A stretch of 64,000 bases of DNA from Christensenellaceae bacterium (GTDB lineage Bacteria; Bacillota; Clostridia; Christensenellales; Borkfalkiaceae): positions 12,757 to 76,756 of the forward strand of contig JAZNBE010000016.1 of the NCBI GenBank assembly GCA_045586885.1. The letters are read 5' to 3'. The notes under the pieces were generated by a model. The model was given only the letters and a program-made list of their open reading frames with translations. It was not told where the DNA came from and did no database searches. Both the position numbers and the translations under genes were made by a program. Positions 19,060 to 27,416 of the stretch are shown piece by piece. Position 1 is the first letter of the stretch; every line of letters starts with the position of its first letter.

Positions 19060-19088
19060 TTGACAAGCGTTTTTTACTGTGCTATAAT
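19060..19088 (+). promoter_or_regulatory. consensus sigma-A promoter of the aromatic operon
   Basis: TTGACA (19060-19065), 17-nt spacer, TATAAT (19083-19088). Confidence 0.8.
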
Positions 19089-19112
19089 GAGAAAAAAGTT
19101 AAGGGGGCTAAT

Positions 19113-19196
19113 ATGAAAAATTTAGCGTCTTTCAACAACTTTTATTTCTATTCTTTCGTTCGCTTTTATTTTGCGGGCTTTGATTTGGTGCAATAA
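19113..19196 (+). CDS. candidate Phe/Tyr-rich leader peptide (27 aa)
   Basis: AAGGGGG RBS; MKNLASFNNFYFYSFVRFYFAGFDLVQ has 7 Phe + 3 Tyr; lies between the promoter and a terminator upstream of pheA. Confidence 0.6.
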   Translation: MKNLASFNNFYFYSFVRFYFAGFDLVQ

Positions 19197-19240
19197 AATA
19201 AGTGGTTAAAGAATAGATTGCAATTTAATTTTTGTATTTT

Positions 19241-19274
19241 GGCGGTTTGTTTTTTAAGCATAACCGCCTTTTTT
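19241..19274 (+). terminator. attenuator terminator upstream of pheA
   Basis: GGCGGTT (19241-19247) pairs with AACCGCC (19262-19268), followed by T6; 40 nt before ATG 19315. Confidence 0.65.
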
Positions 19275-19314
19275 ATAATTTTAAAAGTTATTCTAGTGAG
19301 GCTAGTAGGTTTTT

Positions 19315-20412
19315 ATGGATAAATTAGCTAATGCAAGAGAAAAAATTAATCAAATAAACGAAAAGTTGGCAAAACTTTTCGAAGAGCGTATGGATGCCGT
19401 TCAATTCGTTGCGGAATATAAAAAGGAAAGAGGTCTTCCGGTTTTTGACGCCGTTAGAGAAACCGAAATTTTGCAAAAATGCTCGGCTTTAGTTAAAAAT
19501 AGCGATTATAAGGCTTATTTTATTTCCGTAATGCAAGCCATTATGGAAGTTTCTAAAAACTATCAGCATAGGCTTTTGGAAGGCGTTAAAATTGCTTATA
19601 GCGGTGTTGAGGGCGCGTTTGCGAATATCGCAACTAGAAAAATCTTCCCAGACGGCGAGGCTGTTTCCTATCAAGACTTCCAAAGAACTTACGAAGCCGT
19701 TGAAAAGGGTGAGTGCGATTATTGCGTTTTGCCTATTGAAAATAGTTATGCAGGCGAAGTTGGTCAGGTTTTAGACTTAATGTTTAACGGTTCGCTTTTC
19801 GTCAACGGCGTTTACGTTTTACCAATTTCTCAAAACCTTCTAGGCGTAAAAGGCGCAACCATTAAAGATATTAAAAAAGTAGTTAGTCATCCGCAAGCGT
19901 TATCACAATGCGCCGATTTTATTAAAGAGCACGGCTTTGAAGAAATTAAGGCTACTAACACGGCGGTTGCAGGGCAAAACGTTGCTAGCCTTAACGATAA
20001 ATCAATCGGCGCTATTGCAAGCGTAGAAACCGCTAAGCTTTACGGACTTGACGTTATCGAAAAAGATATAAACGAAAGCGCAACCAACGCCACTCGTTTT
20101 GCCGTTTTCTCAAAAGTTAAAAACGAACAAGAAAAATCCGGCGAAGATAGGTTCTTGCTTATGTTTTCGGTTAAAAACGAAGCAGGCGCATTAGCAAAAG
20201 CCATTAACGTTATAGGCGAAAAGGGTTTTAATATGAAATCGCTTAAATCAAGACCTATGAAAACGCTTGATTGGCAATATTATTTCTATATTGAAGCCGA
20301 AGGCGATTTAACTTCAGCAAGCGCAAAAGAAATGCTAGAAGAATTAAAAAAGCATTGCCAAATGCTAAAGATTGTTGGAACTTTTGGAGTTGATGAAAAT
20401 TTAAGGGGCTAA
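19315..20412 (+). CDS. pheA: bifunctional chorismate mutase / prephenate dehydratase
   Basis: AroQ-type CM N-terminus (REKINQINEKLAKLFEERMD); PDT domain (KIAYSGVEGAFANIA, ENSYAGEV); C-terminal ACT domain. Confidence 0.9.
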   Translation: MDKLANAREKINQINEKLAKLFEERMDAVQFVAEYKKERGLPVFDAVRETEILQKCSALVKNSDYKAYFISVMQAIMEVSKNYQHRLLEGVKIAYSGVEGAFANIATRKIFPDGEAVSYQDFQRTYEAVEKGECDYCVLPIENSYAGEVGQVLDLMFNGSLFVNGVYVLPISQNLLGVKGATIKDIKKVVSHPQALSQCADFIKEHGFEEIKATNTAVAGQNVASLNDKSIGAIASVETAKLYGLDVIEKDINESATNATRFAVFSKVKNEQEKSGEDRFLLMFSVKNEAGALAKAINVIGEKGFNMKSLKSRPMKTLDWQYYFYIEAEGDLTSASAKEMLEELKKHCQMLKIVGTFGVDENLRG

Positions 20413-20415
20413 AAA

Positions 20416-21414
20416 ATGAAAATTTCTTTAAACTTAAAAGAAAACTCTTACGATATTATAGTTGAAAAAGACGCGCTAAAAAACGCCGACAAGTATTTAG
20501 ATTTAAACAGAAAGGTTCTTATCGTAACGGATGAAGGCGTGCCAAGCGTTTATGCTAAAACTATAGAAAAGTTGGCATATAAGCCCGTTATCGTAACAAT
20601 TTGCCAAGGCGAAGAAGCAAAAACGCTAGGAAACTACGAAAAACTTTTGAAAGTTATGCTAGAAAATTCTTTTACTAGAAAAGATGCCGTTTTGGCTGTT
20701 GGCGGAGGCGTTGTAGGTGATTTAGCAGGATTTGTTGCCTCATCTTTTATGCGTGGTGTTGATTTTTATAATATTCCAACCACCGTTTTGTCGCAAGTAG
20801 ATTCTTCTATCGGTGGGAAGACTGCTATTAACTTTTTAGGCGTTAAAAATATCGTTGGGGCTTTTTATCAACCAAAAAAAGTTTTAATCGATACAAATCT
20901 ATTGAAAACGTTACCAAAACGCCAAATTTCTAACGGACTTGTTGAAGCGGTAAAAATGGCGCTAACTTTAGATGAACAACTTTTTGAATTTATAGAAAAC
21001 AATAACGCTTTTGAAAATCTTGAAGAAATTATTACTCGAGCAATTTTAATTAAGAAAAACGTTGTTGAGAGAGATGAAAAAGAAAGTAATTTAAGAAAGG
21101 TTTTAAATTTTGGGCATACTATTGGACACGGAATTGAAACTACGGCTTTAAATATTTATCACGGCGAAGCGGTGGCTTTAGGTATGCTTTATATGTGTTC
21201 AAATAGCGTAAGATTAAGGCTTGAAAAAGTGTTAAAGGCTTTAGAAGTTCCGTTAAAAGTTGAAATTAATTCTCAAGCGGTAATAGAAAAAGCATCTCAC
21301 GATAAAAAGTCTAACGGTAAAAATATTTCCGCCGTTTTCGTTAAAAAGGTAGGAAGTTTTGATTTTATTGACGTTGATGAAAAATTCTTAAAAGAGCGTT
21401 TAACGAGTATATAG
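20416..21414 (+). CDS. aroB: 3-dehydroquinate synthase
   Basis: GGGVVGDLAGFVAS, DSSIGGKTAINF, FGHTIGHGIE motifs. Confidence 0.92.
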   Translation: MKISLNLKENSYDIIVEKDALKNADKYLDLNRKVLIVTDEGVPSVYAKTIEKLAYKPVIVTICQGEEAKTLGNYEKLLKVMLENSFTRKDAVLAVGGGVVGDLAGFVASSFMRGVDFYNIPTTVLSQVDSSIGGKTAINFLGVKNIVGAFYQPKKVLIDTNLLKTLPKRQISNGLVEAVKMALTLDEQLFEFIENNNAFENLEEIITRAILIKKNVVERDEKESNLRKVLNFGHTIGHGIETTALNIYHGEAVALGMLYMCSNSVRLRLEKVLKALEVPLKVEINSQAVIEKASHDKKSNGKNISAVFVKKVGSFDFIDVDEKFLKERLTSI

Positions 21415-21424
21415 AGGGGTTTTT

Positions 21425-22507
21425 ATGAAAAACAGTTTTGGAAATAACTTAATTATTACGCTTTTTGGCGAAAGTCACGGAAAGGCTATTGGTATCGTTT
21501 GCGACGGACTTCCAGCAGGGCTTGAAGTAAATTATAGCCAAATTGAAAGTATGCTTGCAAAAAGAAGACCAGATGGAAAACTTTCAACCAAAAGAATTGA
21601 AAAAGATAATTTTGAAATAGTTAGCGGTGAATTTAACGGCAAAACTACCGGAACTCCGCTTTGCATAATTATTCCAAACGAAAACGTTTCAAGTAAAGAT
21701 TATTCTTACGGCACGGCAAGACCGTCCCACGCGGATTTCGTAGCGTCGGTTAAATACGGCGGTTTTGAAGATTATCGTGGCGGGGGGCATTTTAGCGGTA
21801 GAATAACCGCGCCAATAGTTGCGCTTGGCGCAATTTTGAAAGGCGCGCTTGATAAAAAAGGCGTTAAAGTTGCAACGCATATTAAAAATATTTACGGCGT
21901 TTTAGATAGAGATTTTATTGATATCGATAAAGATATTGAATATTTAGAAAATATAGAATTTGCAACGCTTGACCAAGAACAAGGCAAAAAAATGCAAGAA
22001 CAAATTGTATTAGCACAAGAAGAAGGCGATAGCGTTGGCGGAATATTAGAAACTATTGTAACTGGAATTGACGTAGGCTACGGCGAACCGTGGTTTGACG
22101 GTATTGAAAACGTTATTTCAAAAGCAATGTTTGCAATCCCTGCGGTTAAAGGCGTTGAGTTCGGTTTAGGCTTTTCTTTTGCTAACTTAAAGGGAAGTCA
22201 AGCAAACGACGAGTTTTCGATGATTGACGGAAAGGTTAAAACGTTGACTAATAACAACGGCGGAATTAACGGCGGAATAACTAACGGTATGCCTATCTTG
22301 TTTAGAACGGCAATAAAGCCAACGCCTTCAATTTTCAAAGAGCAAACTACAGTTGATTTTATTAAAGGCGAAACTGTAAAGCACGTAATTTCAGGTAGGC
22401 ACGATCCGTGCATCGTGCAAAGAGCAAAAGTCGTTGTCGATGCGATGACCTATATCGCGCTTGCCGATATTATGGCAATGAAAAACGGAGTGGATTTTTT
22501 GAAGTAA
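21425..22507 (+). CDS. aroC: chorismate synthase
   Basis: FGESHG, RPSHADF, GGGHFSGR, GRHDPC motifs. Confidence 0.95.
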   Translation: MKNSFGNNLIITLFGESHGKAIGIVCDGLPAGLEVNYSQIESMLAKRRPDGKLSTKRIEKDNFEIVSGEFNGKTTGTPLCIIIPNENVSSKDYSYGTARPSHADFVASVKYGGFEDYRGGGHFSGRITAPIVALGAILKGALDKKGVKVATHIKNIYGVLDRDFIDIDKDIEYLENIEFATLDQEQGKKMQEQIVLAQEEGDSVGGILETIVTGIDVGYGEPWFDGIENVISKAMFAIPAVKGVEFGLGFSFANLKGSQANDEFSMIDGKVKTLTNNNGGINGGITNGMPILFRTAIKPTPSIFKEQTTVDFIKGETVKHVISGRHDPCIVQRAKVVVDAMTYIALADIMAMKNGVDFLK

Positions 22508-22508
22508 A

Positions 22509-23759
22509 ATGGAAAAAAACACTAAATACGGACTTATAGGCAGACGTTTGCCTTATAGTTTTTCAAAAATCGTTCACGAAATGATAGGAAAGTATTCCTA
22601 TTCGTTAATAGAACTTGAGCCTGAAATGCTCGATGAATTTTTTACTAAAAAAGAGTTTTTAGGCGTAAACGTTACTATTCCTTATAAGGTGGACGTAATT
22701 AAATATCTTGATTTTGTTGACGAAAGCGCTAAGAAAATAGGCGCGGTAAATACCGTCGTTAATAAAGGCGGAAAACTTTTTGGCTATAATACCGATTTTT
22801 ATGGGTTAAAAGCAACTTTAGAGAGAAGTTCGGTTTCGGTAAAGGGTAAACTTTGCTTAATTTTAGGGACTGGCGCAACTAGTAATACTGCAAATGCGGT
22901 TTTAAAAGAACTTGGCGCAACTAATATTATAAAAGTTTCAAGAACTAAAAGTCAAAACGCAATAACTTATGAAGAGGCTGTTTCAAAATATAATAATGCT
23001 CAAATCATAGTAAACACAACGCCTTGCGGAACGTTTCCAAACGTTAAAGATACGCCGATGAGTTTAGATAATTTTAACAATCTTGAAGGCGTGTTCGACG
23101 TAATTTATAATCCGCTTTGCACGAATTTGACGCTTGCGGGCGCTCAAAAACGCGCCAAAACGGCGTCTGGGCTATATATGTTAGTGTATCAAGCGGTTAA
23201 AACGTGCGAATTTTTCTTAGATACCGTTATTGATAAAACTAAGCCTGATGAAATTTACGAAAAGATTTTGAGAGAAAAGCAAAACGTTGTTTTAACGGGT
23301 ATGCCAACGTGCGGTAAATCAACTATTGGAAAAGAACTTGCTAAAAAACTTGGGCGAGAGTTTATTGACACCGATGAAGAAATAGTTAAATTTGCTAAAA
23401 TGGAAATTAGCGAAATTTTTGAAAAATTTGGCGAGAAAAAGTTTAGAGAAATCGAAACAAAGGTAATTAGCGAATTATCGTCTTCACAAGGGTTAGTTAT
23501 TTCAACCGGCGGTGGAGCGCCTTTAAAAGAAGAAAACGTTTTAGCGCTAAAGAGAAATGGTAAAATCTTTTTTATAGACAGAGACGTAGATAAACTTTTT
23601 GCATCAAATGATAGACCATTGTCTAGTGATATTGAAGCCGTTAAAAAACTTTATAATGCTAGATATTCAACTTATAGCGCCACTTGTGACGTAAAAATTG
23701 ATAACAACGAAAGAGTAGAAGACGCTATTGAAAAAATTTTAAAGGAACTAAATTTATGA
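22509..23759 (+). CDS. aroE: fused shikimate dehydrogenase / shikimate kinase
   Basis: N-terminal AroE-like domain (YGLIGRRLPYSFSKIVH, GAVNTV, NTDFYG); C-terminal P-loop GMPTCGKSTIGKELAKKLGREFIDTD typical of AroK. Confidence 0.88.
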   Translation: MEKNTKYGLIGRRLPYSFSKIVHEMIGKYSYSLIELEPEMLDEFFTKKEFLGVNVTIPYKVDVIKYLDFVDESAKKIGAVNTVVNKGGKLFGYNTDFYGLKATLERSSVSVKGKLCLILGTGATSNTANAVLKELGATNIIKVSRTKSQNAITYEEAVSKYNNAQIIVNTTPCGTFPNVKDTPMSLDNFNNLEGVFDVIYNPLCTNLTLAGAQKRAKTASGLYMLVYQAVKTCEFFLDTVIDKTKPDEIYEKILREKQNVVLTGMPTCGKSTIGKELAKKLGREFIDTDEEIVKFAKMEISEIFEKFGEKKFREIETKVISELSSSQGLVISTGGGAPLKEENVLALKRNGKIFFIDRDVDKLFASNDRPLSSDIEAVKKLYNARYSTYSATCDVKIDNNERVEDAIEKILKELNL

Positions 23760-24184
23760 AAATTTTAGTAATAAACGGACCAAATCTTAATATGCTTGGC
23801 GTTCGTGAACCCGATATTTACGGCAAAACGACTTATGGTGATTTAGTTAGACTAATTGAAGATTATTCAAAGGAAAAAGGCGTTTTCGTTGAATGTTATC
23901 AATCAAACCACGAAGGCGCAATCGTTGATAAAATTCAGCAAGCGTATTTTGATAAGTTTGACGGTATCGTAATAAACCCCGGCGCTTATACGCACACAAG
24001 CGTTGCTATTTTGGACGCGTTAAAAGCCGTTCAAATAAAAGCGGTTGAAGTGCATATTTCTAACGTTGAAAAAAGAGAGCCTTTTAGAAGTATTAGTTTT
24101 ATTCGTGATTATTGCGTTAAAAGCGTAATTGGAAAGGGAATAAACGGCTATTTAGAGGCTATCGATATTTTATTAAACAATTAA
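23756..24184 (+). CDS. aroQ: type II 3-dehydroquinate dehydratase
   Basis: MKILVINGPNLNMLGVREPDIYG, QSNHEG, INPGAYTHTS; ATGA overlap with the upstream gene. Confidence 0.95.
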   Translation: MKILVINGPNLNMLGVREPDIYGKTTYGDLVRLIEDYSKEKGVFVECYQSNHEGAIVDKIQQAYFDKFDGIVINPGAYTHTSVAILDALKAVQIKAVEVHISNVEKREPFRSISFIRDYCVKSVIGKGINGYLEAIDILLNN

Positions 24185-24188
24185 AATT

Positions 24189-25391
24189 ATGAAAGTAAAA
24201 ATTTTACCGTCAAAACTAAATGGTATCTATTTCGCGCCAACGAGTAAGTCAATTGCGCACCGAATGCTAATTTTGGCAAGCATAGAAAAAGGCGAAACGT
24301 TGATAAAAAGAGTTTCATTTTCTAAAGACGTTTTAGCAACCATTGATTGTTTGAAGGCTCTTGGCGTAAAAATAGAAGTTTTTGATGATAGCGTTAAAGT
24401 TTTAGGCGACGGCTTTTCATCCGTTCCAAACGGCGCAATTTTAAATTGCAACGAGAGTGGTAGCACGCTTAGGTTTTTAATTCCGCTTGCGCTTTGTTTT
24501 GATAAAGAAATAACCTTTATCGGCACGGAAAAACTCTTTTCACGTCCGCTTGAAGAATACCAAAAAATTTGTAACGATTATGGCTTTACGTTTGAAAAAG
24601 GAAACTCAAGTTTAAAGGTTAAAGGCAAACTTACGGCAACGAACTTGCAAGTTTTAGGAAATATTAGCAGTCAATATATAACGGGCTTGTTATTTGCTCT
24701 TGTTTATTGCAATAAAGCAAGCGTTTTGAAAATTATTCCGCCTATTGAATCAAAGCCTTATATTGATTTAACACTTAAGGCTATTGAAGATTTTGGAGGA
24801 TTAGTAAATTTTGAAGGGAACGTCATTACGATAAACCCTTCAAAACTAAAAACAGGCGAATTTGAAGTTGAAGCCGATTATTCTTCTTCGGCGTTTATAG
24901 ATGCGTTCAATCTAATAGGTGGGAACGTTTTAGTTAAAAACTTAAACGAGAAATCACTTCAAGCCGATAAAAAATACGTTGAATATTTTAACCTTTTGCA
25001 AAAGGAAAGGGCAGTTTTAGATATTTCTTCTTGCCCAGACCTTGGTCCTGTTTTAATAGCCGTAGCAACTTATTTTCACGGCGCGACCATTTTAGGAACG
25101 AAAAGGCTTAAAATCAAGGAAAGCGATAGAGCGGAAGTTATGAAACAAGAACTCGAAAAGTTCGGCGCTAAAATTTTGGTTTTTGAAGATAAGATTGAAG
25201 TTGAAAAGGTAAATCTTGAAAAACCTAAAAAACTCCTTTCATCTCACAACGACCATAGAATTGCAATGGCGCTATCTGTTATTTGCTCTATTTATGGCGG
25301 TGAAATTGATGGCGCTGAATGTGTTTCTAAATCTTTCCCAACCTATTGGGAAGACGTTGAAAAACTAGGTTTAAAAATTATTAAAGAATAA
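24189..25391 (+). CDS. aroA: 3-phosphoshikimate 1-carboxyvinyltransferase (EPSP synthase)
   Basis: PTSKSIAHRMLILA, ESGSTLRFL, DHRIAMA motifs. Confidence 0.92.
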   Translation: MKVKILPSKLNGIYFAPTSKSIAHRMLILASIEKGETLIKRVSFSKDVLATIDCLKALGVKIEVFDDSVKVLGDGFSSVPNGAILNCNESGSTLRFLIPLALCFDKEITFIGTEKLFSRPLEEYQKICNDYGFTFEKGNSSLKVKGKLTATNLQVLGNISSQYITGLLFALVYCNKASVLKIIPPIESKPYIDLTLKAIEDFGGLVNFEGNVITINPSKLKTGEFEVEADYSSSAFIDAFNLIGGNVLVKNLNEKSLQADKKYVEYFNLLQKERAVLDISSCPDLGPVLIAVATYFHGATILGTKRLKIKESDRAEVMKQELEKFGAKILVFEDKIEVEKVNLEKPKKLLSSHNDHRIAMALSVICSIYGGEIDGAECVSKSFPTYWEDVEKLGLKIIKE

Positions 25392-25399
25392 CGTAAAAT

Positions 25400-25436
25400 A
25401 TAAAAGTTAGGCTATAAGCCCAAAAACAAGAGGTTT
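25400..25436 (+). repeat. 37-nt intercistronic repeat, copy 1 (hairpin + RBS)
   Basis: ATAAAAGTTAGGCTATAAGCCCAAAAACAAGAGGTTT, identical to 26290-26326. Confidence 0.95.
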
Positions 25437-25441
25437 AGAAA

Positions 25442-26293
25442 ATGAATTCAAATAAATGCGTTTTAATCGTTGGACTAGGATTAATTGGTGGAAGTTACGC
25501 AAAAGCTTTGAAAAAACATGGTAAAACCGTTTTTGCAATCGATATCGATGAAAAAGCAATAAATTTTGCGCTAGAGAATAAAATTATAGACGATGGGGAA
25601 ACGGAAGTTTCTTCTAGGCTTTTAGAAAAAGCTGACGTGGTTGTATTCGCTCTTTATCCGTCGGTTTTAGTTGAGTGGATAAAGAAAAACCAAAATTTTA
25701 TAAAACCCGGCGCAATATTAACTGACGTAACAGGTGTAAAAAGTGGAGTTGTTGAAGAAATTCAGTCAATTTTGAGAAGTGATATTGAGTTTATCTCCGC
25801 TCACCCTATGGCAGGGCGTGAAATGAGTGGCGTTGAAAATAGCGATGATGCAATTTTTAAAAACGCTAACTATATAGTAGTGCCAACCAAGAAAAACAGG
25901 CCGTCGACAATCGAGTGGTGCAAAGATTTTGGAAAAATTTTAGGCTTTTCGCAAATTAGCGAATTATCAATTCACGAGCACGATAAAATGATAGGCTTTT
26001 TATCTCAACTAACGCACGTTATTGCAATATCTTTAATGACTTGTAACGACGATGATAGGTTACCGCTCTATACCGGCGATTCTTTTAGAGATTTAACTAG
26101 GATTGCGCGTATAAACGATAAGATGTGGAGCGAACTATTCTTAATGAATAAGGAAGAGTTAGTTTGCCAAATTGACATGTTTTTAGAAGAAATGACTCAA
26201 ATTAAAAGTCTTTTGCAAAACGGTGATAGAGAAGGCTTAAGAGAGAAAATGAAACTATCAACAAGAAGAAGAGCAGACTTTGATAAAAAATAA
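25442..26293 (+). CDS. tyrA: prephenate dehydrogenase
   Basis: Rossmann N-terminus IVGLGLIGGSYAKAL; HPMAGRE motif. Confidence 0.88.
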   Translation: MNSNKCVLIVGLGLIGGSYAKALKKHGKTVFAIDIDEKAINFALENKIIDDGETEVSSRLLEKADVVVFALYPSVLVEWIKKNQNFIKPGAILTDVTGVKSGVVEEIQSILRSDIEFISAHPMAGREMSGVENSDDAIFKNANYIVVPTKKNRPSTIEWCKDFGKILGFSQISELSIHEHDKMIGFLSQLTHVIAISLMTCNDDDRLPLYTGDSFRDLTRIARINDKMWSELFLMNKEELVCQIDMFLEEMTQIKSLLQNGDREGLREKMKLSTRRRADFDKK

Positions 26294-26326
26294 AAGTTAG
26301 GCTATAAGCCCAAAAACAAGAGGTTT
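26290..26326 (+). repeat. 37-nt intercistronic repeat, copy 2
   Basis: Exact copy of 25400-25436, overlaps the tyrA stop and supplies the RBS of the next gene. Confidence 0.95.
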
Positions 26327-26333
26327 TACTATT

Positions 26334-27365
26334 ATGAATATGATTTTTGAGAGAAAACTTGCAATACCGATGGAAGTTAAAGAAAAGTATCCGTTATCTA
26401 ATGAACTTACCGATTTGGTTATAAAAAGAAACGAAGAAATTAAGGCGATTTTCGAAGGCAAAGACGATAGGTTAATTCTTATTATCGGTCCTTGCTCAGC
26501 GGATAGGGAAGATAGCGTTTTAGATTATATTTCAAGACTTCAAAAAGTTCAAGAAAAGGTTAAAGATAAAATTTTTATTATTCCTAGAATTTATACTAAC
26601 AAGCCAAGAACTACTGGAGAAGGTTACAAGGGGCTTTTGCATCAACCAAATCCGCGCGAAAAGCCTGATATGTTAAAGGGCGTTATCGCAATAAGAGAAC
26701 TTCATCTTCGCGCGCTTAAGGAAACCGGTTTTTCTTGCGCCGATGAAATGCTTTACCCTGAAAACTATAAATATTTAGACGACTTGCTCGCTTACGTTGC
26801 GGTAGGGGCTAGGTCGGTTGAAAACCAACAACACCGCTTAACCGCTAGCGGAATTGAAGTGCCCGTTGGTATGAAAAACCCAACCGGTGGCGATTTATCG
26901 GTTATGATGAACGCAATTTACGCCGCTCAGCATAAACACACGTTTATTTATCGTGGTTGGGAAGCGCATTCTCAAGGTAACCCTTTAGCGCACGCAATTT
27001 TAAGAGGTTATATGAATAAGCACGGAAATTGTATTCCAAACTATCACTATGAAGATTTAATACATTTGACCGAACTTTACCAAAGCGGAAATTCCCAAAA
27101 CCCTGCATTAATAGTTGACACTAACCACGCAAACTCTAATAAAAATGCGTTTGAGCAAATTAGAATTGTAAAAGAAGTGTTAGAAAGCGCAGATTATAAT
27201 AAAGATATTAGAAAAATGCTAAAAGGCTTTATGATTGAAAGTTATATTTTAGACGGCAAACAAGATATTTCAGGCGATGAATACGGAAAGTCTATAACGG
27301 ATGCTTGTCTTGGCTGGGAAAAGAGTGAAAGATTAATTTTCGATATTGCCGATAGTTTAAAATAA
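26334..27365 (+). CDS. aroF: 3-deoxy-7-phosphoheptulonate (DAHP) synthase, class I
   Basis: IIGPCSADRED, KPRTT..YKGLL.QP, HRLTASG motifs; ~343 aa. Confidence 0.88.
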   Translation: MNMIFERKLAIPMEVKEKYPLSNELTDLVIKRNEEIKAIFEGKDDRLILIIGPCSADREDSVLDYISRLQKVQEKVKDKIFIIPRIYTNKPRTTGEGYKGLLHQPNPREKPDMLKGVIAIRELHLRALKETGFSCADEMLYPENYKYLDDLLAYVAVGARSVENQQHRLTASGIEVPVGMKNPTGGDLSVMMNAIYAAQHKHTFIYRGWEAHSQGNPLAHAILRGYMNKHGNCIPNYHYEDLIHLTELYQSGNSQNPALIVDTNHANSNKNAFEQIRIVKEVLESADYNKDIRKMLKGFMIESYILDGKQDISGDEYGKSITDACLGWEKSERLIFDIADSLK

Positions 27366-27377
27366 TAAAATAAAAAA

Positions 27378-27407
27378 ACATAGACTAACGCGGTCTATGT
27401 TTTTTTA
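27378..27407. terminator. bidirectional terminator between convergent genes
   Basis: ACATAGAC-loop-GTCTATGT stem with A7 before and T7 after. Confidence 0.8.
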
Positions 27408-27416
27408 CGTCTTAAA

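Noticed and set aside
19090-19314. T-box or other riboswitch upstream of pheA
   Set aside because: I see no T-box consensus (no TGGNACCGCG-like element) and no specifier-loop architecture. The ~200-nt leader is better explained by the leader peptide plus terminator.
23757-23759. Host-wide TGA recoding (code 4 or 25), suggested by the TGA-at-Gly observation
   Set aside because: TGA ends genes at the ATGA junctions 23756-23759, 30421-24 and 60514-17. Long conserved genes (ribosomal proteins, EF-G-like, aro enzymes, the 1187-aa ATPase) contain no in-frame TGA. The standard code 11 fits the host.
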